Shown: positions 27,068-35,155 of the stretch, piece after piece
How the letters are laid out: every line of letters starts with the position of its first letter
Position numbering within the stretch: the stretch's first letter is position 1
Assembly (NCBI GenBank): GCA_050260355.1
Contig: JBLNBZ010000137.1
Span: forward strand, 2,456 to 66,455
Length of the DNA stretch: 64,000 nt
Source of the DNA: Bacteroidota bacterium
Lineage (GTDB): Bacteria; Pseudomonadota; Alphaproteobacteria; Rhizobiales; Hyphomicrobiaceae
Direction of reading: 5' to 3'
The notes under the pieces: model-generated
The model's database searches: none
Seen by the model: only the letters and a program-made list of their open reading frames with translations
Told to the model about the DNA's origin: nothing
Made by a program: the position numbers and the translations under genes

Positions 27068-28068
27068 GGCCTGACGGTCTCGCGCTCGACCAGCTCCTTG
27101 TAGAGGGTCTGAAGCCGCCGCGTCATCGGTCCTGCTGCGCCGCCGTCCGCCGCCGCTGCAGCGGGCCGCGTCGGGTGCCCGATCGGGCGCCCGTCGACCT
27201 CCACGACCGGCGTCAGGCCGGCAAACGTGCCTGTTACGAACGCCTCGTCCGCGCCGTACACATCGACCAGCGAGAAGTCCTTCTCGAACGCCGGGATGCA
27301 GGCCTCGCGCGCCACGCGCAGAACGTTGCCGCGCGTAATCCCGCCGAGACAGTACATCCCGCCCGAGGTCCACAGCTCCCCGCGCCGCACGATGAAGAAA
27401 TGCGTCGAATTGCAGGTCGCCACGTGCCCCCGCGGGTCCAGCATCAGCGCCTCGTCGGCGCCGGCCCGCGCCGCCTGGATACAGGCCAGGATGCAGTTGA
27501 GTTTGGAGTGCGAGTTGAGCTTCTGGTCCTGCTGGTCGGGCCCCGTGCGCCGCACGTGCACTGTGAAGAGCCGCAGGCCCTTGTGCTGGATCTCGGGCTT
27601 GGGGTTCTTGTACTCGGGGATGATGACGACCGTGGCCGGCCCGATCGTCACCCGCGGGTCCTGGTACGGCGTCTTCTTGACGCCGCGCGTCACCATCAGG
27701 CGGATGTGCACACCGTCCTGCATATTGTTGGCGGCGAGGCAGTCGAACAGCCGCTTCGTCATCTCCGCCGGTGTCAGGCCGATGTCCATGTAGATGGCCC
27801 GGGCGCCCTCGTAGAGTCGCTCGAGGTGGCGGTCGAGAAAAGCGATGCCGCCCTTGTGCATCCTCAGGCCCTCCCAGACCCCGTCACCGAGGATGAAGCC
27901 AGAATCGAACACCGATACCGTTGCCTCGGCACGCGGGACCAGCCGGCCGTTGATGGAGATCAGGATCGTGGCGTTGCGGGGATCATCGACGAACTCATGC
28001 GTCGATGCTCCGGTCGAGCTCGATTGCGCGGTCATGGGGGCCTTTCGGGTGCCGCAGTCGGTGCGCAT
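27064..28068 (-). CDS. class IV (BCAT/DAAT-fold) aminotransferase-like PLP enzyme
   Basis: FDSGFILGDGVWEGLR, catalytic-Lys region NSHSKLNCILACIQAARAGADEALMLD, and NSTHFFIV...GITR. The start may be the internal Met at 28035. Confidence 0.85.
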   Translation of the reverse strand: MRTDCGTRKAPMTAQSSSTGASTHEFVDDPRNATILISINGRLVPRAEATVSVFDSGFILGDGVWEGLRMHKGGIAFLDRHLERLYEGARAIYMDIGLTPAEMTKRLFDCLAANNMQDGVHIRLMVTRGVKKTPYQDPRVTIGPATVVIIPEYKNPKPEIQHKGLRLFTVHVRRTGPDQQDQKLNSHSKLNCILACIQAARAGADEALMLDPRGHVATCNSTHFFIVRRGELWTSGGMYCLGGITRGNVLRVAREACIPAFEKDFSLVDVYGADEAFVTGTFAGLTPVVEVDGRPIGHPTRPAAAAADGGAAGPMTRRLQTLYKELVERETVRP

Positions 28069-28209
28069 TGTTCAAACGGATCGACCGAAGGTCAATGGCC
28101 GCCACGCGGGGCGCACCAGCCATTCAACCTCACGGTGAATTGCTCCGCGCGCCGTCGGCCTTCGGTTAGACTTTGCGCCGGAGCGAAACCAACAGGGAGG
28201 AAGACCGTC

Positions 28210-29190
28210 ATGTCAAAAGCCAGCCTGCTCAGCCGTCGCGCGCTGCTCGCCGCCGCTGCGTCCGGGGCGGCATGCGGTGCGATGGGCCTCCGGTCATCGG
28301 TGACGCACGCTGCAGCGCCGATGCTCGGCGCGTCGCGCCCGTCCGTCTACCGCTTCAAGCTCGGCGACTTCGAGATCGCTCAAATTCTGGACGGCTTCGT
28401 GCAGGGCAACGGCCCGCACCCGATCTTCGGCAACAATCAGCCGGCCGAGGTGGTGCAGGCCTATGCCGCGGCCAACCGCCTCCCGCCGACTCGCTGGGAG
28501 AACTCCTTCACCAACACGGTCGTCAACACGGGCAAGGAGCTCGTGCTGTTCGACACCGGCAACGGCGCCGGGCGGGCGCCCACCACTGGCAAGCTCGTTG
28601 GTTTGCTTGACAGCGCCGGCATCAAGCCCGAGCAGATCGATGTCGTCGTCATCACCCACGGTCATCCCGATCACATCGGCGGCCTCATGTCCGCGGAGAA
28701 GCCGACGTTCCCGAACGCGCGCTACGTATTCGGCGAGGTCGAGTTCGACTTCTGGCGCAAGGGCGAGGGTTTGCCGGAGGCGCGCAAGGCGAACCGCGAG
28801 ATGTTCATGAAGGTGGCGGCGCCGTTCGGCGAGAAAGCCCGCTTTCTCAAATCCGAGGGCGAGGTCGTGTCTGGCATCCGCGCCATCGAGGCGTTCGGCC
28901 ATTCGCCGGGCCACATGGCCTATCACATCGAAAGCCAGGGGCGCCGCCTGCTGCTGTGGGTTGACGTCACAAATCATTACGTCATGTCGCTGCAGCAGCC
29001 CGAGTGGCACGTCAGCTTCGACCATGACAAGGATATGGGCGTGGCCACGCGCAAGCGCATCCTCGACATGGTGGCGACAGACCAGATTCCGGCCATCGGC
29101 TACCACATGCCGTTCCCTGCCGTCGGCTATGTCGAGAAGACGGGCGCGTCCTTCCGCTGGGTCCCGGTCAGCTACCAGCTCAATCTGTAG
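28210..29190 (+). CDS. Tat-exported metallo-beta-lactamase-fold hydrolase (lactonase-like)
   Basis: ATG 28210 follows GGGAGGAAG. Twin-Arg signal MSKASLLSRRALLAAAASGAA, and THGHPDHIGG plus a later GHSPGH zinc motif. Confidence 0.85.
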   Translation: MSKASLLSRRALLAAAASGAACGAMGLRSSVTHAAAPMLGASRPSVYRFKLGDFEIAQILDGFVQGNGPHPIFGNNQPAEVVQAYAAANRLPPTRWENSFTNTVVNTGKELVLFDTGNGAGRAPTTGKLVGLLDSAGIKPEQIDVVVITHGHPDHIGGLMSAEKPTFPNARYVFGEVEFDFWRKGEGLPEARKANREMFMKVAAPFGEKARFLKSEGEVVSGIRAIEAFGHSPGHMAYHIESQGRRLLLWVDVTNHYVMSLQQPEWHVSFDHDKDMGVATRKRILDMVATDQIPAIGYHMPFPAVGYVEKTGASFRWVPVSYQLNL

Positions 29191-29197
29191 CGCGCGC

Positions 29198-30076
29198 TCA
29201 GTCGTTGGCCTGCCGCTCGACCTCCGGATCGAGCATCTCGCTGACGAAGCGATCGCCCAGCCCCGCATCGACTGGCCGCCGCAAGGCGGCCAGGATGGCG
29301 GCATGGATGCGTGCGCCGTCCGGATCCGACCCGATCAGCGCGCCGGCATAGTCGACGTCCTTGGAGGCGTTGGCGATCGCAAACTGCTGCCCGCGGTAGT
29401 TGCCCTGCAACGCATTGCCAATGATGCGCTCGAGCGAGCCCGAGCGGGCGGCTCCCTGCAGCATGATGCCGTACAGCTTCTCCCAGTCCACGTTGTGGCG
29501 GCGAGCGGCGCGAAAGGCCTGCGTAATGAGCTGGCAGGTGCCTTGCGTCACGAAGTTGTTGAGCAGCTTCGCGGTGATGCCGGCTCCCGTGGGCCCGAAC
29601 AACGTCACCTTCGCACTGTAGGCCTCGAGGATTGGCTTCACCGTCTCGTAGACCGCCAGGTCGGCACCGACCAGCGTGCCGAGCTTGCCGTCCGCGGCCT
29701 GCGCTGGTCCGCCGACGACCGGCGCGTCGACGTAGGTGACGCCGATCTTCGCAAGATCCGCCGCCAGCCGCTGCGATGTCTCCGGCTTGCCGGTTGTGAC
29801 GTCGACGAGGAGCTGGCCCTTGCGCATGGCCGGCCTGAGGTCGGCGGCGATCGTCTCCACCGTCTCGGCCCGGTCGACGCACAGCATGATCACGTCTGCG
29901 CCGGCCACCAGATCCCGCAGGCTGGCTGCCTCCTTGGCGCCGGCCTTGACCAGCGCCTCAATCGGAGCGCGGTTGCGGTGCACAATAACGGTGAGAGGGT
30001 GGCCGGCCTTGAGCAGGTTCCTGCAAATGCCGCTGCCCATCATTCCGGCGCCAACGAACCCGATGCTCTGCTTCAT
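29198..30076 (-). CDS. NAD(P)-dependent oxidoreductase, 3-hydroxyisobutyrate dehydrogenase family (tartronate-semialdehyde reductase / L-threonate dehydrogenase-like)
   Basis: IGFVGAGMMGSGICRNL Rossmann start and the DAPVVGGPAQA and GAGITAKLLNN blocks. Confidence 0.85.
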   Translation of the reverse strand: MKQSIGFVGAGMMGSGICRNLLKAGHPLTVIVHRNRAPIEALVKAGAKEAASLRDLVAGADVIMLCVDRAETVETIAADLRPAMRKGQLLVDVTTGKPETSQRLAADLAKIGVTYVDAPVVGGPAQAADGKLGTLVGADLAVYETVKPILEAYSAKVTLFGPTGAGITAKLLNNFVTQGTCQLITQAFRAARRHNVDWEKLYGIMLQGAARSGSLERIIGNALQGNYRGQQFAIANASKDVDYAGALIGSDPDGARIHAAILAALRRPVDAGLGDRFVSEMLDPEVERQAND

Positions 30077-30176
30077 GCGACTTTCGTTCCTCGGTTGTTC
30101 AGCGACTGGTGTCTCCGGCCACGGCAGGAGTGCTATAGGTTAGGCCGACATCATCCCATTGCGGAGAGGCTGCGTC

Positions 30177-31004
30177 ATGCCCATGCAGACCGAGAAGGGC
30201 AAGCTGTTTCGATCACTCCACCAGCGCCCCGGTGCCTTCGTCATTCCCAATCCCTGGGATGCGGGGTCGGCGCGCTTGCTCGCGCATGTTGGGTTCGAGG
30301 CCCTCGCCACGACCAGCGCCGGCTTTGCCTTCAGCCTGGGATTGCCGGACGGCAACGTAACGCGTGACTGGAAGCTCGCGCACTGCCGCGAGATCGTCAA
30401 CGCTACGCCGCTTCCGGTCAGCGCCGACCTCGAGAAATGCTTTGCCGACGACCCGGCTGGTGTGGCCGAGACGATCAAGCTTGCCGCCGCAACGGGGCTT
30501 GTCGGCTGTTCCGTGGAGGATGCAACCGGCGACCCGGACAACCCCATCTTCGAGTTCGATCACGCGGTGGCGCGCGTGCGCGGCGCAGTCGAGGCGGCGC
30601 GCTCGCTGTCGTTCCCCTTCACGCTCACCGCGCGCGCGGAGAACCTGCTGCACGGCCGCAAGGACATGGCCGACACCATCAGGCGGCTGCAGGCGTTCGA
30701 GGAGGCAGGCGCCGACGTGCTCTACGCGCCGGGTCTTTCCACCATCGACGAGGTGCGCGCCGTGGTTTCTGCGGTCAGCAAGCCGGTGAATGTGCTCGTG
30801 GTGGCGAGCGCCAAGGACTTCACCGTCAACACGCTCTCCGCTGCGGGTGTCAAGCGCATCAGCGTGGGCGGTACGCTGGCGCGTGTCGCCTACGGAGCGG
30901 TGCTGGGCTCCGCGCAGGAAATGAAGAGCCAGGGAACGTTCGGCTTCACGTTCGGGGGTGTCTCGAACAGGGAGCTCAATGCCATCTTCCAGACATGGGT
31001 GTGA
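30177..31004 (+). CDS. isocitrate lyase / PEP mutase family enzyme
   Basis: FVIPNPWDAGSARLL...LATTSAGFA...PVSADLEKCF...GCSVED. ATG 30177 is preceded by GGAGAGG. Confidence 0.8.
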   Translation: MPMQTEKGKLFRSLHQRPGAFVIPNPWDAGSARLLAHVGFEALATTSAGFAFSLGLPDGNVTRDWKLAHCREIVNATPLPVSADLEKCFADDPAGVAETIKLAAATGLVGCSVEDATGDPDNPIFEFDHAVARVRGAVEAARSLSFPFTLTARAENLLHGRKDMADTIRRLQAFEEAGADVLYAPGLSTIDEVRAVVSAVSKPVNVLVVASAKDFTVNTLSAAGVKRISVGGTLARVAYGAVLGSAQEMKSQGTFGFTFGGVSNRELNAIFQTWV

Positions 31005-31005
31005 A

Positions 31006-31761
31006 ATGACGGGACGGCTGCAAGGCAAGACGGCTTTCTGCACGGCATCGGCGGCGGGTATCGGCAGGGCATGCGCGATCGCCTTCGCGCGCGAGGGAGC
31101 AAGGGTCATCGCCAGCGATATCGACGAGGCTGGCCTTGCCGTCTTGAAGAAGGAGGGCGTCGCCGAGGTGCACCGCCTTGATGTCCTGGATACTGCGGCC
31201 GTCGATGCCCTGGCCAAGCGCGTCGGCGCGGTCGATATCCTGTTCAATGCGGCGGGCTTCGTGGCGCACGGCACCGTGCTCGAGTGCTCGGAGAAGGAGT
31301 GGGACTTCTCGTTCGACCTCAACGTCAAGTCGATGCATCGCACGATCAAGGCGTTCCTGCCGGCAATGCTGGCCAAGGGCGGCGGCTCGATCATCAACAT
31401 CGCCTCGGGGGCGAGCTCGGTGCGCGGCATACCCAACCGCTATGTCTACGGCGCCACCAAGGCCGCCGTCGTCGGCCTTTCCAAGGCCGTCGCTGCCGAC
31501 TTCATCCGCAAGGGCGTGCGCTGCAACGCCATCTGCCCCGGCACGGTCGAGTCGCCCTCGCTCGACGGCCGCATCGCCGCGCAAGCCAAGGCGCTCGGCA
31601 AGTCCGAGAAGGACGTGCGCCAGATGTTCATCGACCGCCAGCCCATGGGCCGGCTCGGCACGGCCGAGGAGATCGCCGCCATCGCCGTCTATCTCGCCGG
31701 CGACGAGAGCGCCTTCGCGACCGGGCAGATCTTCGTCATCGACGGCGGGTTCGCGCTTTGA
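31006..31761 (+). CDS. SDR-family oxidoreductase (DHRS6/BDH2-like)
   Basis: TASAAGIGRA cofactor motif, NAAG, YGATKAAV catalytic motif. Starts 2 nt after the upstream stop. Confidence 0.9.
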   Translation: MTGRLQGKTAFCTASAAGIGRACAIAFAREGARVIASDIDEAGLAVLKKEGVAEVHRLDVLDTAAVDALAKRVGAVDILFNAAGFVAHGTVLECSEKEWDFSFDLNVKSMHRTIKAFLPAMLAKGGGSIINIASGASSVRGIPNRYVYGATKAAVVGLSKAVAADFIRKGVRCNAICPGTVESPSLDGRIAAQAKALGKSEKDVRQMFIDRQPMGRLGTAEEIAAIAVYLAGDESAFATGQIFVIDGGFAL

Positions 31762-32240
31762 TGCAGAACGTCGCGCTCCATTCGGGCGGCCTGTCGCTGC
31801 GGCGTGCGAGGGACACTGATCGAGCAGCGGTGCTCACCCTCCAGCGGGCCGCCTACGCGCGCAACCGCGAGCTGCTCGGCTGCGAGCCACTGCCGCTGCT
31901 CGCCGACTACGCGCAGATCTTTACAGACTATGAAGTCTGGGTCGCGGAGCAGGATGGCATCGCCGGAGCGCTGATCTTGGAACCTCGTTCCGGCGACCTG
32001 TTGATCTGGAGCATAGCGACGGACCCCGCCCGGCAGCGGGCAGGGCTCGGCAAGACCATGCTGGCCGCAGCCGAGACGCGTGCGCGTCGGCTCGGGCTGT
32101 CCGTCATGCGGCTCTACACGGGTGCAACCCTGCAGCATCTGATCGACTGGTATGGCCGTCACGGGTATACGGTCGAGCGCATCGAGCAGTTGAGCGACCG
32201 CGCCATAACGCACATGATGAAGCGGATCGCCACGAACTGA
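31761..32240 (+). CDS. GNAT-family N-acetyltransferase
   Basis: The IATDPARQRAGLGKTML acetyl-CoA motif. The ATG shares one base with the TGA of the SDR gene (TGATG). Confidence 0.8.
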   Translation: MQNVALHSGGLSLRRARDTDRAAVLTLQRAAYARNRELLGCEPLPLLADYAQIFTDYEVWVAEQDGIAGALILEPRSGDLLIWSIATDPARQRAGLGKTMLAAAETRARRLGLSVMRLYTGATLQHLIDWYGRHGYTVERIEQLSDRAITHMMKRIATN

Positions 32241-32249
32241 CACCGGGGA

Positions 32250-33032
32250 ATGCCCATGCCGCGCTTTGCCGCCAACCTCTCCTTCATGTTCAACGAGGTG
32301 CCGTTTCTCGATCGCTTCGAGGCTGCCGCCAAGGCCGGCTTCAAGGCGGTGGAGTTCCTGTTCCCCTACGAGCATCCCGCCAAGGAGATCGCCGCGCGCC
32401 TCAAGGGTAACGGGCTGACGCAGGCGCTGTTCAACGTGCCGCCGGGCGACTGGACCAAGGGCGAGCGCGGGCTTGCGGCGCTGCCGGGCCGCGAGGTTGA
32501 GTTTGCGGCAGCCGTCAAGACGGCGCTGGACTACGCCACCGCGCTCAGCTGTCAGCGCATCCACGCCATGCCAGGCCTTCGCCATCACGGCGCCGACCGC
32601 AAGACCTACGTCGCCAACCTGAAGAAGGCGGCCAAGATGGCTGCGGGCTCGGGCGTCGACGTGATCATCGAGCCCATCAACACGCGGGACATTCCGGGCT
32701 TCTTCCTCAACACCACGGCCGAAGCGCGCGCCGTGATCTACGAGGTCGGCGAGCCCAATCTGGGGCTGCAGTTCGACCTCTACCACCGGCAGATTCAGGA
32801 AGGCGACACAGCCATGGCCATCCGTGAGTTTGGCCATCTCGCGCGCCACTACCAGATAGCCAACCCGCCCGACCGCGGCGAGCCCGACGACGGCGAGATG
32901 AATTACCGCTACCTATTCAAGGCTATCGACGAGAGCGGCTTCAAAGGCTACGTCGGCTGCGAATACAAGCCGCGAGCGGGCACTGTCGAAGGCCTCAAAT
33001 GGGTGCAGGCTTGTGGCGTGACGCTCGGGTGA
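32250..33032 (+). CDS. hydroxypyruvate isomerase family (Hyi / 2-oxo-tetronate isomerase OtnI-like)
   Basis: PRFAANLSFMFNEVPFLDRFEAAAKAGFKAVEF...QFDLYH is the Hyi-type TIM-barrel signature. Confidence 0.85.
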   Translation: MPMPRFAANLSFMFNEVPFLDRFEAAAKAGFKAVEFLFPYEHPAKEIAARLKGNGLTQALFNVPPGDWTKGERGLAALPGREVEFAAAVKTALDYATALSCQRIHAMPGLRHHGADRKTYVANLKKAAKMAAGSGVDVIIEPINTRDIPGFFLNTTAEARAVIYEVGEPNLGLQFDLYHRQIQEGDTAMAIREFGHLARHYQIANPPDRGEPDDGEMNYRYLFKAIDESGFKGYVGCEYKPRAGTVEGLKWVQACGVTLG

Positions 33033-33140
33033 ATTGAGACTTCTAGGTGAGGGCAGGCGCTTGCGCTCAGCGCGATCGCCGCCCTTCACACCGACCTTTC
33101 TCCACGGGCGGGGCGAGGGAAGCAAAAATCGGAGAGACGC

Positions 33141-34115
33141 ATGAAAATTCTGATCCTGGGTGGCGCCGGCATGATCGGCCGCAAGCTTGCCGAGCGCCTT
33201 GCCAAGGATGGCAGGCTCGGAGCCAAGGAGATTTCCGAGCTGACGCTCTATGATGTGGTGGCCGCGGAGAAGCCAGCCGGCACAAAATTTCCGGTCAGGA
33301 TCGAGGTCGGCGATCTGCCTGCGGATGGCGAGACCGACAGGCTTGTTGCCGGCAAGCCCGACGTCATCTTTCATCTCGCCGCCATCGTCTCGGGCGAGGC
33401 GGAGCAGGATTTCGACAAGGGTTACCGCATCAATCTGAAAGGCACGATGAACCTGCTCGAGTCGGTGCGCAAGGCGGGCCACAAGCCGCGCGTCGTGTTC
33501 ACCAGCTCCATCGCCGTGTTCGGCGCGCCGTTTCCCGACAAGATCCCGGACGACTTCTTCACGACGCCGCTCACGTCCTACGGGACGCAGAAGGCCATCG
33601 GCGAGCTGCTGCTGGCGGACTATACGCGCAAGGGCTTTCTCGACGGCATCGGCATCCGGCTTCCCACCATTTGCGTGCGGCCCGGCAAGCCGAACAAGGC
33701 TGCATCGGGATTCTTCTCCAACATCATCCGCGAGCCGTTGGCGGGGCACGAAGCCGTGCTGCCGGTCTCCGAGGACGTCATGCACTGGCACGCTTCGCCG
33801 CGCGCGGCCGTCGGCTTCCTGCTGCATGCGGCAACGATCGACGGCGAGAAGGTCGGCGCTCGGCGCAACCTCGCCATGCCGGGTCTGGCCGTCACGGTCG
33901 GCGGGCAGATCGAGGCGTTGCGCAAGATTGCCGGCGAGAAGGTGGTCAAGCGCATCCGGCGCGAGCCCGATCCCTTCATCGAGAAGATCGTTGCCGGCTG
34001 GCCGCGCAATTTCGATACCAGGCGCGCGCTCGCGCTGGGCTTCAAGGCTGAATCGAGCTTCGAGGAGATCATCCGTGTCCACCTCGAGGACGAACTCGGC
34101 GGCAAGATCGCATAA
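33141..34115 (+). CDS. NAD-dependent epimerase-fold dehydrogenase, D-erythronate dehydrogenase (DenD)-like
   Basis: MKILILGGAGMIGRKL...YGTQKA...RLPTICVRPGKPNKAASGFFSNIIREPL. This block is what I recall for DenD-type enzymes; the name is from memory. Confidence 0.75.
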   Translation: MKILILGGAGMIGRKLAERLAKDGRLGAKEISELTLYDVVAAEKPAGTKFPVRIEVGDLPADGETDRLVAGKPDVIFHLAAIVSGEAEQDFDKGYRINLKGTMNLLESVRKAGHKPRVVFTSSIAVFGAPFPDKIPDDFFTTPLTSYGTQKAIGELLLADYTRKGFLDGIGIRLPTICVRPGKPNKAASGFFSNIIREPLAGHEAVLPVSEDVMHWHASPRAAVGFLLHAATIDGEKVGARRNLAMPGLAVTVGGQIEALRKIAGEKVVKRIRREPDPFIEKIVAGWPRNFDTRRALALGFKAESSFEEIIRVHLEDELGGKIA

Positions 34116-34123
34116 GGGACGAG

Positions 34124-35086
34124 ATGGTGCAGAAGAAGCCTCTGATGCTGCTGATGATCGGCAACGCCAAAGCCTACACGGATGCGCTGGAGCGCGCGGG
34201 CATTGCCGACAAGTTCGAGATCGCGGTCGTGCCCGGCGACAAGAAGCCTGATGCGCGCCAACTGGCCGAGGGCGAGATTATTCTGAGTTTCGGCGCGCCG
34301 CCTGGCACGCTCGGCCAGATGCCGAAGCTCAAGTGGATCCAGTCGATGAGCGTCGGCGTCGATCAGTGGATGGAGCGCGACGACCTGAAGCCGTCGCACA
34401 TGGTGACCGCCGCCCGCGGCACCCATCGCGTGCAGATGCCCGAGAACATTCTCGGCGCCATCTTCCATATCACCAAGCCCTACATGCAGGCGGCGCTCGA
34501 GCAGCAGCACTCGCGCTGGACCCGTCGCATGTCGGTGCCAATTGCCGGCAAGACGCTCGGCATTCTCGGCCTCGGCGCCGTCGGCCAGGAGCTGGCGCGC
34601 AAGGCCGCAGCACTCGAGATGAGGGTGATCGGCACCAAGCGCACGGTCGAGCCGGTGGCTCACGTCGACAAGGTTTATCAACCCGGGCAGGTCGACGAGG
34701 TATTGGGGCAGAGCGACTTCGTCGTGCTTCTGCTTCCGGTCACCGATGCGACGCGCAATATGATCAACAAGGAGCGGCTCGCCCGCATGCGCCCCAGCGC
34801 GTGGCTGCTCAATTTCGCGCGCGGCGCACTGATCGTGGACGAGGACCTGATCGCGGCTGTCAAGGCCAAGACGATCGCCGGCGCCATCCTCGACGTGTTC
34901 CGCACCGAGCCGCTGCCGTCCGACCATCCGTTCTGGAAGGCGGAGGGCATCAGCGTTCTGCCCCACATTGGCGGCGGACACCCCACGCGCGACCAGATGG
35001 TGGCGGAGCTCTTCGCGGAGAATGCGCGGCGCTACCTCGCCGGGGAGCCGCTCAAGGAGATCGTCGACCGCGCGCGCGGCTACTGA
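34124..35086 (+). CDS. D-isomer-specific 2-hydroxyacid dehydrogenase family
   Basis: GKTLGILGLGAVGQELARK NAD motif and the NFARG...PH catalytic region. Confidence 0.85.
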   Translation: MVQKKPLMLLMIGNAKAYTDALERAGIADKFEIAVVPGDKKPDARQLAEGEIILSFGAPPGTLGQMPKLKWIQSMSVGVDQWMERDDLKPSHMVTAARGTHRVQMPENILGAIFHITKPYMQAALEQQHSRWTRRMSVPIAGKTLGILGLGAVGQELARKAAALEMRVIGTKRTVEPVAHVDKVYQPGQVDEVLGQSDFVVLLLPVTDATRNMINKERLARMRPSAWLLNFARGALIVDEDLIAAVKAKTIAGAILDVFRTEPLPSDHPFWKAEGISVLPHIGGGHPTRDQMVAELFAENARRYLAGEPLKEIVDRARGY

Positions 35087-35155
35087 TCGCAGGTGAGGGC
35101 GAGTTGCCCACCGCCGCCATCGGCAACGTCAACTATCATGTGAAAAGAGCTCTGC

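Noticed and set aside
33040-33125. REP-like G+C-rich element after the hyi-like gene, together with the recurring AGGTGAGGG motif (also at about 35090 and 48424)
   Set aside because: No second full copy occurs in the window, and a 9-mer of this composition is expected by chance at roughly the observed frequency. It cannot be called a repeat family from 64 kb.
35087-35155. Possible SAM-II-type riboswitch in the metY leader (hairpin GTTGCC-N13-GGCAAC followed by AAAAGAGCT)
   Set aside because: The leader is only 69 nt and the loop cannot pair with the downstream A-rich segment to form the required pseudoknot. I could not match the consensus from memory. It needs an Rfam covariance-model scan.
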